NCBI GenBank assembly: GCA_963422645.2
Contig: CAXXVO010000007.1
Location: 576,001 to 640,000 of the forward strand
Direction: 5' to 3'
Source of the DNA: Alphaproteobacteria bacterium
GTDB taxonomy: Bacteria; Pseudomonadota; Alphaproteobacteria; UBA828
DNA: 64,000 bases
Shown: positions 28,825 through 38,926 of the stretch, piece by piece
How positions within the stretch are numbered: the first letter of the stretch is position 1
Layout of the letters: each line of letters begins with the position of its first letter
The notes under the pieces: model-generated
What the model saw: only the letters and a program-made list of their open reading frames with translations
The model's database searches: none
What the model was told of the DNA's origin: nothing
Position numbers and translations under genes: made by a program

Positions 28825-29958
28825 TCAAGTCTTGACCGGGAGCCAGCGCCCTTCGCGCGAAGACCGCCGGATCGTCTCCAGCAAGATCTGGGAGCGCAGA
28901 CCGTCGCGGAAGTTGAAGGTCTCCGGGCCCTTGCCCGCCATGGCGTCGACGAAGCCCGCCATCTCGATCGCCTTCAGGTCGTTGAAGCCGAGCTGATGGC
29001 CCGCCCCCGGGCAGAAGCGGCCATAGGGCGGATGATCCGGCGCGGCTTCGATGCGGCGGAAGCCACGCCGCCCCGGCGCATCGTCCACCCTGTAGTAGTG
29101 CAGCTCGCTGAACCGTTCCTGGCTGAAGGCCAAAGCGCCCTTGGAGCCGTAAACCTCGAAGTCGTGCTGCATCTTGCGGCCGGTCGACATCCAGTTGCCC
29201 TCGATCGACCCGGTGGCGCCGCTCTCGAACACGACGAAGGCGCGGCCCACATCGTCGACTTCCATCGTGCGCCGGCCGCCCTCCTCGTCGGGACGCTCGG
29301 CGATCGTGGTCACGCAATGCCCCATCACCTCGGCGATCGGCCCGAGTAGATACTCCGCCGTGGCGAGCGCGTGGCTGCCGATATCGGCCAGCGCCCCGCC
29401 GCCCGCCGGCTCGTGGCGGAAGTTGGGCGGCGCCTCGGCATCGGTCATGTAGTCCTCGCAGTGGAGACCGCGGTAGCCGCGGATATCGCCGAGCTCGCCG
29501 GACGCGATCATCTCCTTCGCGAGAGCCATCATCGGGTTGCAGAGATAATTGAACCCGACCTGAGTCTTGATGCCTGCGGCCTCGGCCGCCGCCGTCATCG
29601 CGCGCGCATCCTCGACCGACGTCGCGAGCGGCTTCTCGCAGTGGACGTGCTTGCCCGCGGCGATGGCCGCGAGCGACATCTCACAGTGCAGCGCGTTGGG
29701 CGTGGCGACGTGGATCACGTCGATCGTGGGATCGTCGATCATGGTCCGCCAGTCGGTCGTCCACTGCGCGAAACCCATTGCGTCGGCCGCGGTCGCCGCG
29801 AGTTCCTCCGTGATGTCGGCGACCGTATGCATGACCGGCGCCAGCGGCAGGTCGAGGACCTTCTGCGCCGTGGCATAGCCGAAGACGTGGGCTTTGCCGA
29901 TGTATCCGGTTCCGATGACACCGACCTGGAGTTGGGGTTTTTGTTGTGCGCGGGGCAT
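28825..29958 (-). CDS. Gfo/Idh/MocA oxidoreductase (inositol-isomer dehydrogenase-like)
   Basis: GTGYIGKAH, CEKP, GGGALADIGSH; start ATG 29958 overlaps the upstream stop. Confidence 0.88.
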   Translation of the reverse strand: MPRAQQKPQLQVGVIGTGYIGKAHVFGYATAQKVLDLPLAPVMHTVADITEELAATAADAMGFAQWTTDWRTMIDDPTIDVIHVATPNALHCEMSLAAIAAGKHVHCEKPLATSVEDARAMTAAAEAAGIKTQVGFNYLCNPMMALAKEMIASGELGDIRGYRGLHCEDYMTDAEAPPNFRHEPAGGGALADIGSHALATAEYLLGPIAEVMGHCVTTIAERPDEEGGRRTMEVDDVGRAFVVFESGATGSIEGNWMSTGRKMQHDFEVYGSKGALAFSQERFSELHYYRVDDAPGRRGFRRIEAAPDHPPYGRFCPGAGHQLGFNDLKAIEMAGFVDAMAGKGPETFNFRDGLRSQILLETIRRSSREGRWLPVKT

Positions 29959-30770
29959 CAGTAGATGCTCCCGGACTTGGGCTCGGTCTGGAGGTCTTGG
30001 CCTGTGAGGCTGCGCCATGCGGCGACCGAGGCGCCTGCGGCGGCGGCGAGCAGGCGCGAGTCCGCTGCGACCGTGGTCCAGGCGTAGCCCCACTCGATGG
30101 CGCGGAGCGCATACTCCGGCGTGCCGCAATGGATGCCGGCCTTGATGCCCTTTTCCCGGCAGACGTCGGCGATGCGGCGGATGATGGCGATCATCTCCTC
30201 CTCCTCCCGGTCGAGCGCAGGCGGGAGCCGCCCCTCCTGGGTGCCAAGGGTGAGGTCGGCGGGGCCGACATAGACGCCGTCGAGGCCAGGCGTGGCACAG
30301 ATCGCCTCGAGGTTGCGCACACCGTCGGCGGTCTCGATCATCGCCATCGCCAGCACCTCGGCATTGGCGTCCACGCCGTAGCCCGGCATGGCGACGGCCG
30401 CGCGTGTCGGGCCGAAGCTGCGCTGGCCGAGCGGCGGGTAGCGCATGTAGGAGACCAACGCTTCCGCGTCGTCCCGGGTGTTGACCATGGGGCAGATGAT
30501 ACCCATGGCGCCGGCATCCAGCGCCTTCATGATCACCCCGGGCTCGAGCCAGGGGACGCGCGCCATGGGCACCACGTCAGAGGCGCGCACCGCCTGCAGC
30601 ATGGGCAGGAGCGCGGCGTAGTCCAGCGCGCCGTGCTGGACGTCGACCGTGATCGCATCGTAGCCCTGCGATGCCATGATCTCGGCGGTGAAGGAATTGC
30701 CGATGGAGCACCAGCCGTTGAGCACCGGCGAGCCTGAGGCCCAGATCTCTTTCAGCGCGTTGTGTTGCAT
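29958..30770 (-). CDS. HpcH/HpaI class II aldolase family protein
   Basis: DVQHG, LDAGAMGIICPMV, YPPLGQRSFG, MIET, GPADL. Confidence 0.9.
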   Translation of the reverse strand: MQHNALKEIWASGSPVLNGWCSIGNSFTAEIMASQGYDAITVDVQHGALDYAALLPMLQAVRASDVVPMARVPWLEPGVIMKALDAGAMGIICPMVNTRDDAEALVSYMRYPPLGQRSFGPTRAAVAMPGYGVDANAEVLAMAMIETADGVRNLEAICATPGLDGVYVGPADLTLGTQEGRLPPALDREEEEMIAIIRRIADVCREKGIKAGIHCGTPEYALRAIEWGYAWTTVAADSRLLAAAAGASVAAWRSLTGQDLQTEPKSGSIY

Positions 30771-31000
30771 GTCGTCTCCCTCGGCGTAGGGGCCGGACCG
30801 ACGCGGCATCGGCGGGCCCGCCCCTCTCCTCGCTGCGCCCGCTTTCCTACCATCGCGCGCGCCGGAAGGCGATCTGCCCCTTCGCGTCTCCTGCGCACCT
30901 CACCGGCGCTCTGCCGACAGCAGTCATTGCAACCGGCGCGCTCTGTCAATATGAGATCGTCAGTCATCGGGGATCACGCTTGCGCGGGGAGGGGACGACG

Positions 31001-32860
31001 ATGCCACGCGATACCGTACGCCTGACGATGGCGCAGGCCCTGGTCCGCTATCTTTGCAGCCAGCACACCATCATCGACGCAGAGCAGGTTCCGCTCTTCG
31101 CCGGTGTGTTCGCGATCTTCGGCCACGGCAACGTCACCTGTCTCTCGGAGGCGCTGGAGCCGGTTCAGGACCGGCTGCCGACCTGGCGCGGGCAGAACGA
31201 GCAATCCATGGCGCTGGCGGCCATGGGCTACGCCAAGGCGAAGCGCCGGCGCCAGATCATGATCGCGACGTCCTCGATCGGCCCGGGCGCGCTCAACATG
31301 ATGACGGCTGCGGGCGCGGCCCATGCCAACCGGCTGCCGATGCTGATCCTCGCGGGCGATACCTTCATGAACCGGCTGCCCGATCCGGTGCTGCAACAGG
31401 TGGAGCACTTCGGCGACCCCACCGTCACCGTGAACGACGCCTTCAAGGCGGTCTCGCGCTACTGGGACCGGATCGCGCACCCGGCGCAGCTGATGGCGTC
31501 GCTGCCGCAGGCCATCGCCACCATGCTCGACCCGGGCGACTGCGGCCCTGCCTTTATCGCGCTGCCCCAGGACACGCAGGAGATGGCCTTCGACTACCCG
31601 GAGGCGTTCTTCGAGGAGCGGGTCTGGACCATCCCCCGCCCGCGCCCGGACCGTGACCGCGTGGCCGAGGCTGCGGCGTTGCTGCAGACGGCGAAATCGC
31701 CGCTCATCATCTCGGGCGGCGGGGTGCGCTACTCCGGCGCCGAGGCGGCGGTGGCGGCCTTTGCCGCCGAGCGCGGGATTCCGGTGGTCGAGACGATTGC
31801 CGGCAAGGGTGCGTTCAGCCACGACGACCCGGTCCATTGCGGCCCGATCGGGGTGGTGGGCTCGACCTCGGCCAATACCCTCGCCGCAAGCGCCGACGTG
31901 ATCCTCGCCATCGGCACCCGGCTGCAGGACTTCACCACCGGGTCGTGGACCGCGTTTGCGCACGATGCGGCCTTCATCTCGATCAACGCCGCGCGCTGGG
32001 ACGCGACCAAGCACCGGGCGCTTGCGGTGGTGGGCGATGCGCTGGAGACGGTGCGGGAGCTGGACGCAGCACTCGGCGCCTGGAAGGTGGAGGGCGCCCA
32101 CCTGGCCAAGGCTCAGGCACTCTTCAAGGAGTGGGACGCGCTCCTGGACGAGCACCAGGCGCAGACCAACGCGCCGGTTCCCTCTTACGCGCAGGTGGTG
32201 GGTGTGGTGAACCGGGCTGCGGGCGAGGGCGACCACCTGATCGCCGCCGCCGGCGGGATTCCGGGCGAGGTCGCCAAGGGCTGGCGGGTCAAGCAGCGCA
32301 ACACCTTCGACCTCGAGTTCGGCTTCTCCTGCATGGGCTACGAGGTCGCCGGCGGCTGGGGCAATGCCATGGCGACCGCGGGCTCATCCACGCCCATCGT
32401 CATGGTGGGCGACGGCAGCTACCTGATGTTGAACGCCGAGCTCTATTCCTCGGTCCTCACGGGCCACAAGATGATCGTGGTGATCTGCGACAATGGCGGC
32501 TACGCGGTCATCAACCGGCTGCAGGAGTTCAAGGGCACGCCCGGCTTCAACAACCTGTTCAAGGATTGCCGGCGGGCTACGACCGGCGACCCGCCGCTGG
32601 TGGATTTTGCGCAGCACGCGGGGTCCATGGGGGCCCATGCGCGCCACTGCGCGAGCCTCGCCGACCTCGAGGCCGCACTGGAGTGGGCCAAGGGGACCGA
32701 CCGGACGACGGTCCTCTCGATCACCACGGAAGCCTACACCTGGACGCCGGGCGATGCCGCCTGGGATGTCGGCGTGCCCGAGGTCTCGGAGCGCGAGACG
32801 GTGCGGGCCGCCCGCGCCGATCACGAAGAGATCCGGGCGAAGCAGCGCGTGGGAGTGTGA
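31001..32860 (+). CDS. iolD: 3D-(3,5/4)-trihydroxycyclohexane-1,2-dione acylhydrolase (TPP-dependent)
   Basis: RLTMAQAL, AIFGHGNV, EFGFSCMGYE, GDGSYLM. Confidence 0.95.
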   Translation: MPRDTVRLTMAQALVRYLCSQHTIIDAEQVPLFAGVFAIFGHGNVTCLSEALEPVQDRLPTWRGQNEQSMALAAMGYAKAKRRRQIMIATSSIGPGALNMMTAAGAAHANRLPMLILAGDTFMNRLPDPVLQQVEHFGDPTVTVNDAFKAVSRYWDRIAHPAQLMASLPQAIATMLDPGDCGPAFIALPQDTQEMAFDYPEAFFEERVWTIPRPRPDRDRVAEAAALLQTAKSPLIISGGGVRYSGAEAAVAAFAAERGIPVVETIAGKGAFSHDDPVHCGPIGVVGSTSANTLAASADVILAIGTRLQDFTTGSWTAFAHDAAFISINAARWDATKHRALAVVGDALETVRELDAALGAWKVEGAHLAKAQALFKEWDALLDEHQAQTNAPVPSYAQVVGVVNRAAGEGDHLIAAAGGIPGEVAKGWRVKQRNTFDLEFGFSCMGYEVAGGWGNAMATAGSSTPIVMVGDGSYLMLNAELYSSVLTGHKMIVVICDNGGYAVINRLQEFKGTPGFNNLFKDCRRATTGDPPLVDFAQHAGSMGAHARHCASLADLEAALEWAKGTDRTTVLSITTEAYTWTPGDAAWDVGVPEVSERETVRAARADHEEIRAKQRVGV

Positions 32861-32863
32861 GGG

Positions 32864-33769
32864 ATGCTGGAAGCGAAGCTGGGCATCGCGCCCATCGCCT
32901 GGTGGAACGACGATCTGGTGGAGCTTTCCGACGACGTGAGCCTGGAGGAGTGTCTGCGCCAGGCCTCGGTGGCGGGGTTTAGCGGGATGGAGACCGGCCG
33001 GCGCTTTCCGATGGACATGGACGAGCTCGGGCCGATCCTGAAGCGCTACGGGATCTCGGTCTGCGGCGGCTGGCATTCGGGCCGTCTGCTGGAGGGCGAT
33101 ATCGAGGCGGAGAAGGAGCGCATCCGGCCGATGATGGACTTCTTCATCGCGGCCGAGGCGCCCTGCATCGTCTATGGCGAGATCGCGGGCGCCATCCAGG
33201 GCGAGCGCAGCGCCCCGCTCGCGACCAAGCCCCGCATCGCCGACGACGACCGGATGAGGGCGTACGGCCGCAACATGACCGCGTTTGCGGAGTGGTGCGC
33301 GGAGGAGGGCATGCCGATCGCCTATCACCACCACATGGGCGCCGTGATCGAGACCGAGGCGGAGCTCGACGGCCTGATGAGCCACAGCGGCGAGGCGCTT
33401 CGGCTGGCCTATGACACCGGCCACCTCGCGTTTGCGGGCGGCGACGGGCTGCGCGTCATCGAGCGCTACCGCCGCCGGCTCGGCCACATCCACACCAAGG
33501 ACGTGCGCCGGGGCGTGGTGGACGGCCTCGACCGCAGCCGGGAGAGCTTTTTGGACGCGGTCATCAAGGGGGCGTTCACGGTGCCGGGCGACGGCGACCT
33601 CGACTTCGAGACCATCGTCCACCGCCTCGCCGAGGTCGGCTACGAGGGCTGGTTCGTGGTCGAGGCGGAACAGGACCCGGTGCCAAACCCGCCGCTCGAG
33701 ATGGCCAAAAAAGGACACGCCGAACTCCGCCGCGTCATGGCCAAAGCCGGATACAAGGTCACCCAATGA
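32864..33769 (+). CDS. iolE: myo-inosose-2 dehydratase
   Basis: GIAPIAWWNDD, YHHHMG, FTVPGDG, VVEAEQDP. Confidence 0.95.
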   Translation: MLEAKLGIAPIAWWNDDLVELSDDVSLEECLRQASVAGFSGMETGRRFPMDMDELGPILKRYGISVCGGWHSGRLLEGDIEAEKERIRPMMDFFIAAEAPCIVYGEIAGAIQGERSAPLATKPRIADDDRMRAYGRNMTAFAEWCAEEGMPIAYHHHMGAVIETEAELDGLMSHSGEALRLAYDTGHLAFAGGDGLRVIERYRRRLGHIHTKDVRRGVVDGLDRSRESFLDAVIKGAFTVPGDGDLDFETIVHRLAEVGYEGWFVVEAEQDPVPNPPLEMAKKGHAELRRVMAKAGYKVTQ

Positions 33770-34581
33770 ATAGAATCGATGGAAAGGTCGCCGTCGTCAC
33801 CGGCGGCACCCAGGGAGTCGGCGCGGCCATCGCCCGGCTCTTCGCGAAGGCCGGGGCAGCCGGGATCGTCACCGTCGGCCGCGACGCGGCGAAGGGCCGC
33901 ACGGTGGCCGAAGAGATCACGAGAGAGAGCGGCGTGCCGGTAGAGGTGGTCGGCGCCGACCTCTGTGTCATGGAAGACGTGCGCCGGGTCATGGCCGAGA
34001 CGGACGCCCGCTTCGGCCGGGTCGACATCCTGGTCAATGCTGCGGGCATGTCCAACCGGGGCAACCTGCTCAACACTTCGCCCGAGCTCTTCGACACGCT
34101 CTTCGCCGCGAACGTTCGCGCCCCCTTCTTCCTGATGCAGGACGCGGCAAAGATCATGATTCGCGAGGGCATTGAAGGCGTGATGGTCAATATCGGCTCG
34201 ACCTCCGCGCGCGCGGGCCAACCCTTCCTTGCGCCCTATAGCGCGTCGAAGGGCGCGCTCGCCACGCTCACGCAGAACGCGGGCTTCGCGTTGATGCGCA
34301 ACCGCATCCGCGTGAACCAGCTCAACATCGGCTGGACCAACTCGGATAACGAACGCAGGCTCCAGGCCGAGGAATCGGGCGATCCCGACTTCATCGACAA
34401 GGCCGCAGCCACGCTGCCCTTCGAACGACTGCTGGAGCCCGCCGAGATCGCGCGCGCCGTGCTCTGGGTGGCCTCCGGCGACAGCGGCATGATGACCGGC
34501 TCGGTCATCCAGTTCGACCAGTCGGTCTGGGGCGCATACGACGGCCAGGCACCGGCACCGGGGGAAGCGCTGAGCGAATAG
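33766..34581 (+). CDS. SDR family oxidoreductase
   Basis: TGGTQGVG, VNAAG, YSASK. Confidence 0.9.
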   Translation: MNRIDGKVAVVTGGTQGVGAAIARLFAKAGAAGIVTVGRDAAKGRTVAEEITRESGVPVEVVGADLCVMEDVRRVMAETDARFGRVDILVNAAGMSNRGNLLNTSPELFDTLFAANVRAPFFLMQDAAKIMIREGIEGVMVNIGSTSARAGQPFLAPYSASKGALATLTQNAGFALMRNRIRVNQLNIGWTNSDNERRLQAEESGDPDFIDKAAATLPFERLLEPAEIARAVLWVASGDSGMMTGSVIQFDQSVWGAYDGQAPAPGEALSE

Positions 34582-34666
34582 GGCCGCCGGCCCGGCGGCC
34601 CAACAGCAGGGTGGGCCCACTGCCTCTTTCCCTAATCCAGAGGCAGAGCGATCAGATAGGAGAGGG

Positions 34667-35576
34667 TCAATCCTGCGTTGCGGCGAAGCGAACCAGGGCG
34701 TCCTGAAGGTGCTCCGCCATGGCCTGAGCAGCCAGCGTCGGTAGGCGCTCGGACGGCGCAATCAGGCAAAGCCGCAGGCGGGACAACCGGCCATCTTCGA
34801 GCGGCACCGCGACCAGCCGCCCGCGGTCCAACTCTTCCGTGAATCCCAGGCGCGTGTAAAACGCGATCCCGACGCCGCGCAGCAAGAGCCGCTTCAGAAC
34901 AGCCAGGGTGTTGGAGATCGCCAAGGGCTTGTGTGCGTTCTTGAACGCCTCCATCTCTTCTCCGAAGAAGAGCTGCATGGAGCCGGAATGATCCTGGTAC
35001 ATCAGCGGGTAAGCGCCGCACTCGTCCAGGGAAACGGTCTTGCGGGCCGCCAGCGTATGGTCTGGAGGCATGATCGCGCACATGGGGCAGGAAACGTCCT
35101 TGAGCACCGTAATCCCGCGACGCAAGGCCGGCGAGAAAGTCAGGCCGAGATCCGCGTTCCCCTGGGCAACCGAGTGCATGGTTTCGACGGGATCGCAGGC
35201 CATGACCCGGATCTGCACCGCCGGGTGGACGGCGATGAATTCGGCCAGCGCTTCCGGCAGGAATTGCACGTTCAGGCTGTCCAGCGTGGTGATGGTCACG
35301 TCGCCGCTGACGACGCCGCGCAGCTTGTCAATGTCGCCGCGCAGGCGGGCGAAATCATGCAGTGTGGTTTGCGCGTGGCGCAGGACCAGCTGACCGGCAT
35401 CGGTGAGCCGCATGCCGTCGGGCCGCCGCTCGAACAACGGGGTGCCGAGGTAATCCTCGAGCTTCAGAATCTGGCGATTGACGGCGGACGGCGAGATGTG
35501 AAGGCGTTCCGACGCGCGGCGGATCGATCCGTCCTCGGCGACCGCCTCGAAGTAGCGCAGCACCGCCGCGTGGCAT
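34667..35576 (-). CDS. LysR family regulator (extra C after the ATG; alternative GTG start at 35563)
   Basis: LRYFEAVAEDGSIRRASERLHISPSAVNRQI HTH; the sequence reads ATG-C-CAC-GCG where MHAA is expected. Confidence 0.85.
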
Positions 35577-35588
35577 CGACGCTCGGCC

Positions 35589-36356
35589 TCAGTCTCCGCT
35601 CCACACGGGCGCGCGCTTCTCCCGGAAGGCCGCGACGCCTTCCTCCGCATCCCGGCTCTGCAGCGCGGCCGCGAGGCTCGGCAGGCGGGCGTTGCGGGCC
35701 TCCCGCATCGTCAGGTGCGCCGTGTCGGCGGCGGACCGCTTGATCGCCTTCAGGCTGAGTGGGGCGCAGGCGACGATATCGTCGATCCACGACTGGACGG
35801 CGCCGTCGAGCTCGTCCTCCGGCACGACCTGATTGACGAGGCTGCATTCGAGCGCTTCCGCCGCGCTGATGCGCCGGCCAGTCAGCAGCATGCCCATGGC
35901 ATGTGCCCGCGGGATCAGGCGGGGCAGGAGGATCATGCCGTCCAGCGGCAGGCGGCCGACCCGTGGCTCGGGCAGTCCGAAGGATGCGGTTTCGGCGGCG
36001 ACGATGAGGTCGCAGCCGAGCACCATCTCGAAGCCGCCGCCGAGCGCGAGGCCGTTGACCCTGGCGATGACGGGGACGGACAAGCGACCGCCGAGCGCGA
36101 TGCCGCCGAAGCCGTGGTCGCCGGTGCCGGCCCAGTAGGCGAGGCCGCCGGGGCCGTCTTCCTTCATGTCTGCACCGGCGCAGAAGGCGCGCCCGGTGCC
36201 GGTGAGCACGACGCAGCGGATCGCCGGGTCCCCTTCGATCGCGTTCCAAATGTCGTCGAGAGCGGCGTCGGCAGCGGAGTCGATGGCGTTCAAGCGCTCA
36301 GGACGGTTCAGCGTGACCCGGGCGACGCCGTCACAGACGCTAAAACCCACGCTCAC
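35589..36356 (-). CDS. enoyl-CoA hydratase/isomerase family protein
   Basis: AFCAGADM, ALGGGFE, FGLPE. Confidence 0.92.
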   Translation of the reverse strand: MSVGFSVCDGVARVTLNRPERLNAIDSAADAALDDIWNAIEGDPAIRCVVLTGTGRAFCAGADMKEDGPGGLAYWAGTGDHGFGGIALGGRLSVPVIARVNGLALGGGFEMVLGCDLIVAAETASFGLPEPRVGRLPLDGMILLPRLIPRAHAMGMLLTGRRISAAEALECSLVNQVVPEDELDGAVQSWIDDIVACAPLSLKAIKRSAADTAHLTMREARNARLPSLAAALQSRDAEEGVAAFREKRAPVWSGD

Positions 36357-37534
36357 GCCGCGTGCTCACTGGCGCGTGCCGGGGCCAGCACTTCGTCATT
36401 GTGCTCGCCCAGCGTCGGCGGGGCGCGGCGAACGGCGAAGGGCGCCGCCGACATCTCGATGGGGGAGGCCACGAGACGCACCGGCCCGCCGGCTGTTGGA
36501 TCGAGCTCCACGATCATGCGGTTGCAGGCGGTCTGCGGGTCGTCCAGGGCGTCCTCAAGCGTCACCACCGGGGCGCACAGGATGTCCACGCCCTCGAGCC
36601 GCGCCAACCAATGCGCGGTGGTGTTGCCGGCGAAGCCCTCACGGAAGATCGCCTGCAGCTCTGCCCGGTGAAGCGTCTGCTGCTCCAAGGTGTCGTAACG
36701 GGGATCGGGGGAGAGATCGTCGATCCCCAGTGCTTGGCAAATGTCGCGCAGGGGATTCTCCTTGAACGCGCCGACCATGACGATGGCGCCGTCGGTGGTC
36801 TCGAACACGCCGGAGAGCGGCATCGCGGCCCAGTTGAGCTCGCGCCCCCGCATCATCCACATCGCCGCTTCCTGCATCTGCATCGCCAGCATGGAGTTGT
36901 AGAGCGAGACCGAAACCTGCTGCCCCTCGCCGGTCTTCTCGCGCTGCAAGAGAGCGAGAAGGATCCCCTGCACGAGGTGCATGCCGGCGCTGTAGTCGGC
37001 GAGCGCGGTGGGGTAGACCGAGAGCGGCAGTTCCGGGTCCGCGCGGCGGTGCATCGCGCCGCTCATGGCCTGAGCGAGCACGTCCTGCCCGCCCTTGTGC
37101 ACGTAGGGGCCCTCCAGCCCGAATCCTGTGCCGACGGCGCAGATGATGCGCGGGTTGAGGCGGCGCAGGTCGTCGTGGCCGAAGCCCATGCGCTCCATCA
37201 CGCCCGGGCGAAAGTTGCTGACGACCACGTCTGCGCTCTCCACGAGACGCAATGCGGCCTGACGGTCCGCCTCCGACTTCAGGTTAAGGGCGACGCTGCG
37301 CTTGTTGCGGTTCAGGCTGGCGAAGACCGGGTTGTTGCCGCCGTCCGGGTCCTCGCCCACGCTCCAGCGCGACAGATCGCCGGCGCCGACCCGCTCGATC
37401 TTGATCACGTCTGCGCCATAGTCGCCCAGCATCTGGGTGCAGCACGGGCCCATCATCACCTGGGTGAAGTCGAGGACCCGCACGCCGTCGAGTGGCAGCG
37501 GACGGTCGCCGGCAACGCCTGCTTGGGCGGACAT
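36353..37534 (-). CDS. CaiB/BaiF family III CoA transferase
   Basis: LDGVRVLDFT, GADVIKIE, NRNKRS, NFRPG, PTLGEHN. Confidence 0.92.
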   Translation of the reverse strand: MSAQAGVAGDRPLPLDGVRVLDFTQVMMGPCCTQMLGDYGADVIKIERVGAGDLSRWSVGEDPDGGNNPVFASLNRNKRSVALNLKSEADRQAALRLVESADVVVSNFRPGVMERMGFGHDDLRRLNPRIICAVGTGFGLEGPYVHKGGQDVLAQAMSGAMHRRADPELPLSVYPTALADYSAGMHLVQGILLALLQREKTGEGQQVSVSLYNSMLAMQMQEAAMWMMRGRELNWAAMPLSGVFETTDGAIVMVGAFKENPLRDICQALGIDDLSPDPRYDTLEQQTLHRAELQAIFREGFAGNTTAHWLARLEGVDILCAPVVTLEDALDDPQTACNRMIVELDPTAGGPVRLVASPIEMSAAPFAVRRAPPTLGEHNDEVLAPARASEHAA

Positions 37535-38895
37535 CAGGCGGCCTCCGTCACGAGCGCGTTCGGGGCCGGCCGGTCTCCGGGGTCCGCGCCCTGGGCCCGC
37601 ATCTGCCTCTGGATGCCGCGAACGTCGACATCGCGCACCAGGATGCCGCCGTCGAGCGCCTGGGCAGCGGCGATGCCGGCGGCCTCGCCCATGGCCATGC
37701 AGGGCGGGATCTCGCGGCTGATTTTTTGGGCCTGCGATGTCGCCGAGTAGTGGCGGCCTGCGACCAACAGCTGCTCCACGCCCATCGGCAGCAGCGCGCG
37801 GTAGGGGGTGTAATAGTCCCGCCCGCGGCAGACGCTGTCGTGGAAGTGCACCCGCTCCTTCACGTCCCGCTTGGTCACCACGTATTCGCCTTCGAGCAGG
37901 CGGGTCTGGCGCACGCCGGTCTGGGGGGCGAAGTCCACGAAGTAGGCGCGCTCGAATCCCGGCACCCGCGCACGGGCGAATTCCAGCACCGCCTGCATGC
38001 GGCGCCGGCCCTCGAACTCGGCCGCCGTGAGATCCGCCACCTTGAGGCCGTCGAAGCCGGACATGTGCGGGCAGTTGCACCAGACGATGCCCGGCAGCGG
38101 GGTCTTCAGCCACCAGTGTTGCCAGCAGCCCCCGATCAGGCGCCGTGCTCTGAGGTCGATCTCGGCAAACCGCTCGGGCTCCTCGAACTGGAAGCGCTCA
38201 GCCTCGTCCGTATCCACGCCGCCCATGCGCGAGACCGTGGTGACGATGTAGGAACCTTCGGCAAAGGACGCTCCGGCGCTGGCGGCCACGTCGAGGTCGC
38301 CGGTGGCATCGACGACGATGCTGCCACGAATGGCCTGCGCACCCTCCTTGGTCTCGACGATGACGCCGGCGGCGCGGCCGTCCTCGACGATCGTGGACTG
38401 GAACCAGCTGTGCAGCCTGAGCGTGACGCCGGCTTCGCGCACCATGTCGAGCGAGGCCTGCTTGAAGCCGTCCGGATCGAAGGATGCCGCGAAGATGACG
38501 GGATAGGGCTTCGTGTTGGCATAGAAGTCGTAGAGGCCCCACCGGGACCACTTGCGCCAGAGCGCATCGGTCGTGCGCACCGCCGGGTCGCGGTCGGCCT
38601 CCGGCGGGTAGACGCAGAGCTCCTTCGCGTGCATGCGCTCGACGATCTCCATGGCGAGGCCGCGCACGGAGATCTCCGTGTCGTTGTGCATGTCGTCCAG
38701 CACCAGCACCATGCCGCCGGAAGCGAGGCCGCCGAGATAGGGGTAGCGCTCGATCAGCGCCACCTGCGCGCCATTGCGCGCGGCCGAGACCGCCGCCGAT
38801 ATTCCGGCGGGCCCGCCGCCCACCACCACCACGTCGGCGGTGGCGACGACCGGTACGCGGGTTTCCGGCCGGGTCAAAATTTCGGGCGATGACAT
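37534..38895 (-). CDS. FAD-dependent oxidoreductase
   Basis: VVGGGPAGISAA, DATGDLD, PYRALLP, PCMAMGEAAG. Confidence 0.9.
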   Translation of the reverse strand: MSSPEILTRPETRVPVVATADVVVVGGGPAGISAAVSAARNGAQVALIERYPYLGGLASGGMVLVLDDMHNDTEISVRGLAMEIVERMHAKELCVYPPEADRDPAVRTTDALWRKWSRWGLYDFYANTKPYPVIFAASFDPDGFKQASLDMVREAGVTLRLHSWFQSTIVEDGRAAGVIVETKEGAQAIRGSIVVDATGDLDVAASAGASFAEGSYIVTTVSRMGGVDTDEAERFQFEEPERFAEIDLRARRLIGGCWQHWWLKTPLPGIVWCNCPHMSGFDGLKVADLTAAEFEGRRRMQAVLEFARARVPGFERAYFVDFAPQTGVRQTRLLEGEYVVTKRDVKERVHFHDSVCRGRDYYTPYRALLPMGVEQLLVAGRHYSATSQAQKISREIPPCMAMGEAAGIAAAQALDGGILVRDVDVRGIQRQMRAQGADPGDRPAPNALVTEAA

Positions 38896-38926
38896 GCTCT
38901 TGCCTCCAGGTGTCTTCGCGGCTGGT

